A stretch of DNA of 32,000 nucleotides. Origin: Guillardia theta nucleomorph (lineage: Eukaryota; Protista; Cryptophyta). Made by a program: the position numbers and the translations under genes. The stretch's first letter is position 1. Every line of letters begins with the position of its first letter. Positions 1 to 7,847 of this stretch are shown here, one piece after another. A model generated the notes under the pieces. The model saw nothing but the letters and a program-made list of their open reading frames with translations, had not been told where the DNA came from and searched no databases. The stretch spans positions 60,001-92,000 of the forward strand of contig AF083031.2 in the NCBI GenBank assembly GCA_000002975.1, in the 5' to 3' direction.

Positions 1-881
1 AAATCTTTAAGTTTTTGTGTGATAAGTGATAATTTTATAATTTTAAATCTAATTTGTTTAAAATTTTTAATTTTAAACATGAATCTACATAATGTATATT
101 TTATGTTTTTTTTAATAAATTGAAAATAAAGATTTATAAAAATTTTGTCATTAATAAATTTATTAAAACTGGATTTAATTGATAAAATTTTTGAAAAATA
201 ATTATAATGTTGACTATCATTTAGTTGATTAAAAATGATTGCTATATTATAATTAGAAATTTCAAAAATTTTTGAATTCAACGCAGTACAAGTAGAGTAA
301 AACATATTTATTAAAGTTGAATTAACTTTATTGCTTTTTTTAGAAAGATTATTAAAAAAAAATTGATTTGTAAACATTTTGGAAAAAAAATAAAATTTAT
401 AAAAGTCAAATAAATATTCTAGGTTTAATAATAAATCACTATTTTTATCGTGACATAAAATTAATTTTTTTTTAAATTTATGGAAATTTTTTTTTTTTTT
501 TTCAAAAAATTTTAATTCAACATTGAATCTATATAATTTAGATCTAAATAAATCAATATTAGTTTGAAATGATAATAAAATTAAATTTGCAAAATACTTT
601 GTTTTTAGCAAGTGATTATTTATTTTTATGAACAATTGTAAAATTGTTTTTTCATAACTATTTTGATTGGAGTATAAATCTCTTAAAATTCCAATAAAAA
701 TAAAACTTTTAATATATTCAAAAATAATGCAAATATTAATAAATAACATAGTTTTTCTATATCCATTGAAGTAATCAAAAAGACTTAAAAATTCTTGTGA
801 CCAAATTAGTGTTGAATTTGATAAATCATAAATATTTAACCAGAGTGTAACTAACAAAAACTCAACTGTATGATTATTCAT
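1..881 (-). CDS. Hypothetical protein (ORFan), 3'-partial, at least 293 aa; begins MNNHTVEFLLVTLWLNIYDLS
   Basis: ATG at 881-879 with an upstream in-frame TAA at 905-903. I checked the frame by hand and it is stop-free to the window edge. It is absent from the ORF track because it has no stop in the window. No motif recognised. Confidence 0.8.
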   Translation of the reverse strand, partial: MNNHTVEFLLVTLWLNIYDLSNSTLIWSQEFLSLFDYFNGYRKTMLFINICIIFEYIKSFIFIGILRDLYSNQNSYEKTILQLFIKINNHLLKTKYFANLILLSFQTNIDLFRSKLYRFNVELKFFEKKKKNFHKFKKKLILCHDKNSDLLLNLEYLFDFYKFYFFSKMFTNQFFFNNLSKKSNKVNSTLINMFYSTCTALNSKIFEISNYNIAIIFNQLNDSQHYNYFSKILSIKSSFNKFINDKIFINLYFQFIKKNIKYTLCRFMFKIKNFKQIRFKIIKLSLITQKLKD

Positions 882-926
882 CCTCAAATGATATTTACCA
901 AATTAATATGTTTATTAGTATATTAT

Positions 927-1450
927 TTATAAAAAACGGCTTTTTTGTACAAAATGTTGTGTTATTGGGTAATTTATCTTTTTACCAAGAAATTGCTTAA
1001 CGTTACTTTTTGATGATTCTATTTCTTTGATTCTTTCAACTCTTAAAATTGTGACATCCTTAGGCTTTATTTTGAACCTTCCACCCAATTCTATATAAAA
1101 TTGTTCAACTGCTCCTGTCATCATGAAATCTCGATATTCTTTAAATAGATTAACATAACCATTCTTAATTTTAACTTTACTCCATATTCCATAAGTTTTG
1201 ACAAAGTTATTTTTTTTTTCATAGATTTTTTGCGCTATGATAATTGATCCATTTTTTTTTTTTAATTTTTGTGTTTTTTTTAAAACACTCCAAAATTTGG
1301 ACTTTGCAGTTATTTTGTTAGGAGAAAAATTCTTCATAAAATAAATTGAATCTGATTTATTAGTGTTATTATTAGCCAAACATAAATATTGTTTCAACCA
1401 GCTCTTTAATTATTTTCTGAACAAACAAAAAAACTATTAATACTTACCAT
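927..1450 (-). CDS. rpl18a: 60S ribosomal protein L18a (eL20), spliced: complement join(927..1403,1448..1450), 159 aa, MSWLKQYLCLA...
   Basis: eL20 motifs F.PN.I.AKSKFW..L....KLKK.NG.I, VKTYGIW and NLFKEYRD....GAVEQ.Y.E. The track start at 1397 is a TTG. The ATG at 1450 plus a 44-nt intron restores an N-terminus that aligns with eL20 (yeast MAHFKEY, recalled). Confidence 0.93.
1404..1447 (-). other. 44-nt spliceosomal intron immediately after the ATG of rpl18a
   Basis: ATG|GTAAGTATTAATAGTTTTTTTGTTTGTTCAGAAAATAATTAAAG|AGC TGG TTG. This is the only AG that gives an in-frame join past the in-frame TAA at 1412-1410. Confidence 0.88.
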
Positions 1451-1514
1451 TTTTACAATTCAACACAATAATATATAAATAATTTTATATATTTAAATAA
1501 TATTTTTAATTTTA

Positions 1515-1931
1515 ATGTTTATCATCAAAGGTAATGATACAAGAAATAAAAAAATTAAAAAAAAACTTAAGAATATAGGCTTAGATATAAAAATTAGAAA
1601 TGAAGGTAAAAACATAAGCTTCATAGATAAAAAATGTCCATTTACCGGCAATATTTCGATTAGAGGTAGGATTATGAAAGGAAAAATAGTTTCCACTAAA
1701 ATGGAAAAAACTGTAATTGTAAGGAGAGATTATTTACACTGGATTCCAAAGTATAAAAGATTTGAAAAGAGACACAAAAACATTCCTTGTCACTGCTCGC
1801 CTTTATTTAGAGTTAAAGAAGGCGATTTTGTAACAATTGGACAATGTAGACCACTTTCTAAAACAGTTAGATTTAATGTTATTCACGTTGAAAAGGATAG
1901 GAGAGCTCGTAATAAAAAAATTTATAGCTAA
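1515..1931 (+). CDS. rps11: 40S ribosomal protein S11 (uS17)
   Basis: [59 protein letters not shown]. Confidence 0.98.
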   Translation: MFIIKGNDTRNKKIKKKLKNIGLDIKIRNEGKNISFIDKKCPFTGNISIRGRIMKGKIVSTKMEKTVIVRRDYLHWIPKYKRFEKRHKNIPCHCSPLFRVKEGDFVTIGQCRPLSKTVRFNVIHVEKDRRARNKKIYS

Positions 1932-1955
1932 ATAATGAATTTTTAATTTAATTCT

Positions 1956-2294
1956 ATGTCAAACTCAATCACTGGAGTAGTTTATATTGAAAATATTCCC
2001 AAAAAAATAACATATAAAAATCTCATTAAATTTCTGGAGAAATTTGGAAGAGTTAATAGAACTTTTTTTTCTAAAGATTTAAGCATTGAATATAAAATTA
2101 TAGGGTGGATTGAATATTCAAAAAAATGTAGTGCTAAAAAAGTATCCCTTAAAAAAGTACGTGACATTTGGGATAAACATATTACGTTCAATGAAAATTT
2201 TAAAATTTTTTATTTAAAAAGTATAAATTGGAAATCTTTGACATTTGTTAGAAAATCTATTTATAAGTTTGATAAAAAGTGCCCAAACATTTGA
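1956..2294 (+). CDS. esf2: Minimal Esf2/ABT1 pre-rRNA processing factor (RRM core only)
   Basis: TGVVYIENIP...KFGRVNRTF...GWIEYSKKCSAK...IFYLKSINWKSLT matches the Esf2 pattern TGVVY...IP / FG.V.R.F / GW.EF..K..AK / KYL..F.W.DLT. Confidence 0.78.
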   Translation: MSNSITGVVYIENIPKKITYKNLIKFLEKFGRVNRTFFSKDLSIEYKIIGWIEYSKKCSAKKVSLKKVRDIWDKHITFNENFKIFYLKSINWKSLTFVRKSIYKFDKKCPNI

Positions 2295-2306
2295 AATAGT
2301 TTCTGG

Positions 2307-2741
2307 TCAGTAAATAAAAATGATATTTTGTATAAATTTTAAAATTTTTGCAATTAAGAAAATTTGAAATTTTTTGCTTTCATATTTTACTATGTTAAAC
2401 ATATTTTGAAATAATCTTTTAAAATTATGTATTTTTAAATAACAAATCTCTAAAATTTGGTTTTCATCTCTAGAGCTACTATTTATTCTCAGTTCGTTAT
2501 AAACTTTAAAGATAGTACTATAAGATAAATTTTTTTTTATTTCAAATTCTATAGGTTCTAGAATTTTTAGTAAAAATTTATAATTAATCTTTTTATTATT
2601 TTGCAAAAATTTTTGAGTCTTTACTATGATTTTTAAAGGTAATATATTTACTTTTTTTAAAAAAAAAAAAATATATAATTTTTTTTTAAATTTATTTAAT
2701 AGTTTTACAATTAGAATTACTAAAAATAAAACTTGGTTCAT
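2307..2741 (-). CDS. Hypothetical protein, 144 aa
   Basis: Long ORF that tiles the gap without overlap. No motif recognised. Confidence 0.6.
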   Translation of the reverse strand: MNQVLFLVILIVKLLNKFKKKLYIFFFLKKVNILPLKIIVKTQKFLQNNKKINYKFLLKILEPIEFEIKKNLSYSTIFKVYNELRINSSSRDENQILEICYLKIHNFKRLFQNMFNIVKYESKKFQIFLIAKILKFIQNIIFIY

Positions 2742-2784
2742 CTTAAAATTTTAACATAAATAAAATTTATGATTTTAAAAATTA

Positions 2785-2928
2785 ATGTATAAGTGTAAAA
2801 TTTGTAAAATATTCATTGGAAAAAAAAATAAAAAAATACTTGACCAGCACGTGAAAGGGAATCGACATAAGATTAATAAATATAATAAATTAGTTAGCAA
2901 AATTAAATATTTTTTTTTAAATTGTTAA
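2785..2928 (+). CDS. snrpC: U1 snRNP protein C-like matrin-type zinc finger, 47 aa (MYKCKICKIFIGKKNKKILDQHVKGNRHKINKYNKLVSKIKYFFLNC)
   Basis: Translated by hand: ATG 2785, TAA 2926-2928. C-x2-C-x14-H-x2-G-x2-H-K-x-N has the same spacing as U1-C. It is below the ORF-track size cut-off. Confidence 0.8.
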   Translation: MYKCKICKIFIGKKNKKILDQHVKGNRHKINKYNKLVSKIKYFFLNC

Positions 2929-2977
2929 CGATATCTATAAAAAGTAATTATAATAAATAATTAATTCTTTAATTAGT

Positions 2978-3622
2978 ATGAAGTTAAAACTTCAAGGTAA
3001 AAAATTTTCAATTTCAAACATATGTTTCTCGTTTTCTATAAACAAAAAAAAAAAAAATTTTTATATTTCTAAAAAAAATTCTTCACCCGATAGAGAACTT
3101 TTCGATAAAAGAAAAATCATTTATGATAATGAAAAAATTTTATCAATTTCATTCGTAAAAAGTTCATATTTCTTTTTAAGTAAATTTTGGGGATTTATAG
3201 AAAAATTTATTTATAATACAACTACTTCTTATACTAAGTATAACTTATTGTATTTTTTAAATAACAGATGTGTAAGAAAAATTTTAAAATTTTCTGAATT
3301 AGAATTATTCGATTTGTTTATATATTTATTTTTACATTTGAAATTTTATTTTATAGACAGACATAAATTTCAATTTTTTCTAAGAAAATCTAATTGTTGG
3401 GTTGTCAAAAAAAAAAATTCTTATCTGTATTTGATAATTAATTTTTTAAGTCAAAAATTTTTAAATTTTCCAATTTATTTATATCAAATGTCATTTAGAA
3501 TAAAACCAGTTGGCTTAAAATTTTGTTTTTTTAACAACAACACAATTCTACTTTACAATATTCATCCGAATATCTTGATTAATCCTCCAATATCAGAAAA
3601 GATAAAATGTTCTTATAGATAA
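2978..3622 (+). CDS. Hypothetical protein, 214 aa
   Basis: Long ORF that tiles the gap. No motif recognised. Confidence 0.65.
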   Translation: MKLKLQGKKFSISNICFSFSINKKKKNFYISKKNSSPDRELFDKRKIIYDNEKILSISFVKSSYFFLSKFWGFIEKFIYNTTTSYTKYNLLYFLNNRCVRKILKFSELELFDLFIYLFLHLKFYFIDRHKFQFFLRKSNCWVVKKKNSYLYLIINFLSQKFLNFPIYLYQMSFRIKPVGLKFCFFNNNTILLYNIHPNILINPPISEKIKCSYR

Positions 3623-3634
3623 GTTATATGTAAT

Positions 3635-4039
3635 TTAAAAATCTAATTTTTTTTTTCTGTCAATCATATATAACAAAGCTTTATTATATGATGAATGAAA
3701 TTTTAACTCAATAATTTGGTTTTCAATACTATTTTTGAATGAAGTTTTAGGATGATTTTTTATTTCATTTTCTTTTTTTATAATAAGTACTCCCTCTATT
3801 TCCATTGAACTACACTCGATTTTTTGATTTATGAACCAAATCCTTCTGTTAGGCAATCCCATTAAGATACCTTGAAATGTGTAAGAATTTATATTCAAAA
3901 AAATTTTAGAATTATTTAAAATTTTCAATTTTAATGATAGATTTTTTTTATAAATATTTTCTTTTAAACTTTTTTTTTCAGTATTTAATTTAAGGATTCT
4001 TCCTAAAAACAATGTTGGAATTGTAATCAGATTAATCAT
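3635..4039 (-). CDS. Hypothetical protein, 134 aa; possibly an eroded TFIID subunit Taf7 N-terminal domain
   Basis: The ORF is clear. Taf7 resemblance is weak but ordered: LITIP ~ FILRLP, GILMGLP ~ KLVDLP, EIEGVLII ~ DI.Q.LV. Confidence 0.6.
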   Translation of the reverse strand: MINLITIPTLFLGRILKLNTEKKSLKENIYKKNLSLKLKILNNSKIFLNINSYTFQGILMGLPNRRIWFINQKIECSSMEIEGVLIIKKENEIKNHPKTSFKNSIENQIIELKFHSSYNKALLYMIDRKKKLDF

Positions 4040-4081
4040 TCAAAAAAAATTAATATAATTTATAAATTTTTTAATTAAGAG

Positions 4082-4325
4082 ATGGTTTTTTTGACTGCTT
4101 GTCTAGCAATTAGAGGGTAAGTAAATATTAATGAAAAAGTAAAAAAAAGATTTTAACTTAAGAGATAAAAATCTTTTGAGATTTTTTCAATTAATAGAAT
4201 CACAGGGGTGTAGAGTTAGGATTATAGAGGAAATATTAGAAGATAATATATTATTATTTAAGCCTTGGTCTAAAAAATTTCTAATCTTTGGATTAAAGAG
4301 ACTTTCTAGGTTTCTCACAAGGTAG
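4082..4325 (+). CDS. tfb5: TFIIH subunit Tfb5/p8/TTDA, spliced: join(4082..4116,4163..4325), 65 aa
   Basis: Product is MVFLTACLAIRGDKNLLRFFQLIESQGCRVRIIEEILEDNILLFKPWSKKFLIFGLKRLSRFLTR. M1, V2, I10, D13 and F19 are in register with human p8. LEDNILLFKPWSKKFLIFGLKRL aligns without gaps to yeast Tfb5 LDDTHLLVNPSKVEFVKHELNRL (recalled). Confidence 0.82.
4117..4162 (+). other. 46-nt phase-2 spliceosomal intron in tfb5
   Basis: GG|GTAAGTAAATATTAATGAAAAAGTAAAAAAAAGATTTTAACTTAAG|A GAT. Removing it bypasses the TAA at 4118-4120 and joins an ATG-less open frame. Confidence 0.82.
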
Positions 4326-4397
4326 AAATCAGGAGTTTATTGTAAGATGGTATATTTTTCAATATAAAAAGCATACAATATATTATTATAGATAAGG

Positions 4398-4979
4398 ATG
4401 TTAGCAATGATCAATAATTCAATAATTAAAAATATAAAATCTACTCAACATAATAAAAATTGCCTTAGTTACATAAAAAAAAAAATTAACAAAAAAAACA
4501 AAAAAACTAATAAACTAATTAATTTTTTCCTTTCATTAACTTTATTTTGGGGAAGCGCGTCTGTTAGCTGTAAAAAATCTTTAAATCTAGCTTCAATAAT
4601 TATTGATGGATCTGTTTTTGACCTAAAGCAAGAAAAGATTATTAATGAAAATTTCCTATTCAGTGATAAAACTACTATAAAGTCAGAAGTTGAAACTGAA
4701 ATAGATGATTTAGATGACGATGAATATAGATATAGTATGTGGAAAAATACTCAAGTTGGGTTGACAGTCGGGGGATCTGCATTAGGTATTTGGTTTTGTT
4801 ATAAAGGTTTAAACAGGTGGGAAAATTGGATGAAAGAGCAGGAACAAAAAGATATAGATGAAGAAATTGAAATGACTGGAACATATATAAATCCGGGTGC
4901 AAATAATGTAGAAACATCTATTGATCCTAAGACTGGGAAAAAAATTGAGATCAAAAAAGAATCAGAAGAAAATAAATAA
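4398..4979 (+). CDS. Hypothetical membrane protein, probably plastid-targeted
   Basis: Basic K/N-rich N-terminal ~40 aa, a hydrophobic segment (FFLSLTLFWGSASVS), an acidic linker, one TM helix (VGLTVGGSALGIWFCY) and a compositionally normal acidic C-terminus. Confidence 0.85.
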   Translation: MLAMINNSIIKNIKSTQHNKNCLSYIKKKINKKNKKTNKLINFFLSLTLFWGSASVSCKKSLNLASIIIDGSVFDLKQEKIINENFLFSDKTTIKSEVETEIDDLDDDEYRYSMWKNTQVGLTVGGSALGIWFCYKGLNRWENWMKEQEQKDIDEEIEMTGTYINPGANNVETSIDPKTGKKIEIKKESEENK

Positions 4980-5019
4980 TGAAAAAATAAATAATTAAAT
5001 AATATATTTATTAATATTT

Positions 5020-6615
5020 ATGTGTGCAAATCTATCTAATAATGAAGACAAAATAAATTCTGTCAAGGAATGTGGTATTAATCAGATTATCTTTATTTCT
5101 GAAAGTATTAAATCATCTTATGGACCTTTTAGTCATGATAAAATGATTTTAAACGATTCAGGAGAAATAACAATAACAAACGATGGTGCAACAATTTTTA
5201 AATCGATTATATTTTCTAATCCTTTGGTAAATATATTTTCTCAGCTTTCACTACAACAAGATAAAGAGATAGGAGATGGGACAACTGGAGTTGTAATATT
5301 TTGTTCAGAATTGTTAAAAAATGCTATGAAGCTTATAAAAAAAAAAATTCATCCTTCTTTGATAATTTTTTCCTATAGATTGGCTTTATGTTATTCGCTA
5401 TCTCAAATAAAAAATTTTTTATCTAAAACTTACGTTAGAATTAACCTATCAGAAATTATTCAAATTGCAAAAACTTCAATATCCGGAAAAGTTTGTAATT
5501 TAAATATTACCAAATTTTCTTTAATATGTTATCAAGTATCTAGATCCATATGTATATTTGATAAAAATTTAGAAAAACTAAAATGTCAAAAAAATTTGTT
5601 GAATTTTTTAAAAATTCAAGGAAATAGTATACATCAAACGAGATTGGTAGATGGAATTTCTATCTTTAATCAAACATCAGTGTTAGATTACCAAAAAAAA
5701 ATCGTTAGTCCAGCCAGAATTTTTTGTATATCAAAGGATTTACAATTCCCAAAAATTAATCTAAATTATAAATTTATTTACAAAAAAATAGAAAAAATTC
5801 GGGATATAAGTAACATGAACAACAATTTCTTTTTAAATATTATCGAAAAATTACTAATATATAATTCAAATTTTGTCATAACTAACAAAAATGTTGATAA
5901 TAATTTGGGAAATTTCTTAAAAAAATTTGGAATAATTTCTTTAAAAAGAGTTTCGGATGAAGACTTTAAAAAAATTTGCATAGTTACTGGGTGTAAGTTA
6001 AAAGTTAATCTTAATATTATAGATGATATTTCTAAATATTGTGTGGGCAAATCAGAAGAAATATTTGAGCAATCAATCAACACGAAAATAATTCTTACAA
6101 TACGAGGTTGTAGATTTTGTCGTGGCAATACAATTGTAATCAGAGGCCCTTCTAATTACATGCTTGACGAATTGTCAAGAGGTTTATGGGATTCGATTTC
6201 GATTATAAAAAAATCATTTGAAGGTGATAAATTTGTAATAGGAGGGGGTTCTTTGGAAATTTTTCTAAGTGTATTAATAGAAAAATTCGCTTGCTTATTA
6301 AAATCTAAAGAACAGATAGCAACTTTAGAATTTTCAAATTCTTTATTAGAGATTCCCAAAATTTTGTTCAGAAATTCATGTCTTAATGAAATCGATTTGA
6401 TAAATAAAATTAGAACTATTTACAATTCATGTCTATTAACAAAAAATTTTGATTTAAAAGACATCGGAGTTGATTTAAAAACGGGATTAATTCAAAATAA
6501 TTTTTATAAAGGTATAATAGAACCACGAATGAGTAAAGTCAAATCCTATCAGATAGCAACTGAAGTTGTAATTTCTCTTTTAAGAATTGATGATGTAATT
6601 TCGAATAAATCTTGA
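5020..6615 (+). CDS. tcp1: CCT/TRiC chaperonin subunit alpha
   Basis: KSSYGP...DKM......ITITNDGATI, QQDKEIGDGTTGVV, IHP, GGGSLE and GIIEP..SKVKS..ATE....LRIDD. The SS.GP/QD.EIGDGTT/SKVKS pattern favours alpha. Confidence 0.92.
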   Translation: MCANLSNNEDKINSVKECGINQIIFISESIKSSYGPFSHDKMILNDSGEITITNDGATIFKSIIFSNPLVNIFSQLSLQQDKEIGDGTTGVVIFCSELLKNAMKLIKKKIHPSLIIFSYRLALCYSLSQIKNFLSKTYVRINLSEIIQIAKTSISGKVCNLNITKFSLICYQVSRSICIFDKNLEKLKCQKNLLNFLKIQGNSIHQTRLVDGISIFNQTSVLDYQKKIVSPARIFCISKDLQFPKINLNYKFIYKKIEKIRDISNMNNNFFLNIIEKLLIYNSNFVITNKNVDNNLGNFLKKFGIISLKRVSDEDFKKICIVTGCKLKVNLNIIDDISKYCVGKSEEIFEQSINTKIILTIRGCRFCRGNTIVIRGPSNYMLDELSRGLWDSISIIKKSFEGDKFVIGGGSLEIFLSVLIEKFACLLKSKEQIATLEFSNSLLEIPKILFRNSCLNEIDLINKIRTIYNSCLLTKNFDLKDIGVDLKTGLIQNNFYKGIIEPRMSKVKSYQIATEVVISLLRIDDVISNKS

Positions 6616-6702
6616 TTTTTATCAATTTATAATTGTTCTAAGTATTGTTAAATCAATTTACGACTAAATAACATCATAATTAAATATTAACCAAATTTAT
6701 TT

Positions 6703-7266
6703 ATGAATAGATTATGCACAGAATTAGAAACATTAATTTTAATAACCAATAAAAGAAATTTTAGATTAACTCATACATATCATATTTTAGAACATCACAA
6801 TTTCAAAGAATTTGTTAGACTTTCCAAAGGACTTGTTAGAGATTCAAATTCTACACATGAGATCGATAAAAAATATATAGGAATAAAAAATTTTAATTTT
6901 AAATTTGATAATTTAAAGAAAAACTCTAACTGCAATATCAATAATTTTATCTCATATAATATTGAAAATAACGAAGAATCAATATTATACGATAAAAATT
7001 TTGATTACAGAGATAAATTATCAATATGTGATTATTTTTTGACTTATGAATTAAAAAATTATAAACATTTATTTAAGACAAAATATTCATCTGAATACAT
7101 TATATTTAAATTGTACTTTGATAAAAATTGCTTTAATTTCTACTCAATTACTACCAAAAACTTTTATATTAAAAAGGTAAAATCATTCATATACTCTTTA
7201 TTAGGTTGTAAAATGATATACTCTTTCATAAAAGTTTCAAAAAACAATGAAAAAATAAACTTTTAA
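6703..7266 (+). CDS. Hypothetical protein, 187 aa
   Basis: Long ORF that tiles the gap. No motif recognised. Confidence 0.7.
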   Translation: MNRLCTELETLILITNKRNFRLTHTYHILEHHNFKEFVRLSKGLVRDSNSTHEIDKKYIGIKNFNFKFDNLKKNSNCNINNFISYNIENNEESILYDKNFDYRDKLSICDYFLTYELKNYKHLFKTKYSSEYIIFKLYFDKNCFNFYSITTKNFYIKKVKSFIYSLLGCKMIYSFIKVSKNNEKINF

Positions 7267-7278
7267 TTTGGATTATTT

Positions 7279-7812
7279 TCAATAATATTGACTATGCGAA
7301 ACCATTTTAATCTTAAAATTACTGCTATTTAATAAGCAAACAGATGAATATCGAAGTGTCACCAATCCAAACAAAAATAGATTTTGCATAATATTAGAGA
7401 AAGTGCAAAAATGAATTGAAATTAAAAATTTTTTCAAAAACAGTTTCCTTTCTCTTGAATTAATAATTCCACAATACTTAAAAGATAAATTGGAGAAACA
7501 AATGTTTTTGATTTTTTCTCTTATCATTTCAATACTATAAAAAATTTCAGTAAAATTTTTAGTGTTGATTTTATTCAAAATCAAATAAATGTAAATTTTA
7601 AATTCACTTTGAATATTACTAGTAATATTTTTAAAATTTTTCTTTAAAAATAATTTGGTAGCATGTTTCAAGTGGTGAGATTTTTTATCTTCAATTGAAC
7701 TTTTGAATAATAAATGTATAAAAATTTCATTGCAAAATTTACAAGCTTTTTGTTTATTAAATAGACATACGTTTAAAATGAAGTTGCTTGTGTAACAAGT
7801 AAGCAATTTCAT
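7279..7812 (-). CDS. Hypothetical protein, 177 aa
   Basis: Long ORF that tiles the gap. No motif recognised. Confidence 0.7.
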   Translation of the reverse strand: MKLLTCYTSNFILNVCLFNKQKACKFCNEIFIHLLFKSSIEDKKSHHLKHATKLFLKKNFKNITSNIQSEFKIYIYLILNKINTKNFTEIFYSIEMIREKIKNICFSNLSFKYCGIINSRERKLFLKKFLISIHFCTFSNIMQNLFLFGLVTLRYSSVCLLNSSNFKIKMVSHSQYY

Positions 7813-7847
7813 CTGAATTATGTTAGAATATTTATGGATTTATTTTA

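Noticed and set aside
4108-4125. Minus-strand TACTTACC, resembling a U1 5' end
   Set aside because: It is simply the complement of the tfb5 donor site, and no cloverleaf follows.
4295-4310. Minus-strand GAAAGTCTC, resembling RNase MRP CR-I
   Set aside because: No matching 3' P4 strand, and the region is explained by tfb5 exon 2.
6616-6702. Possible minus-strand box C/D snoRNA (ATGATGT ... TTGA)
   Set aside because: Both boxes are non-canonical, there is no CTGA, and the guide cannot be tested without the rRNA sequence.
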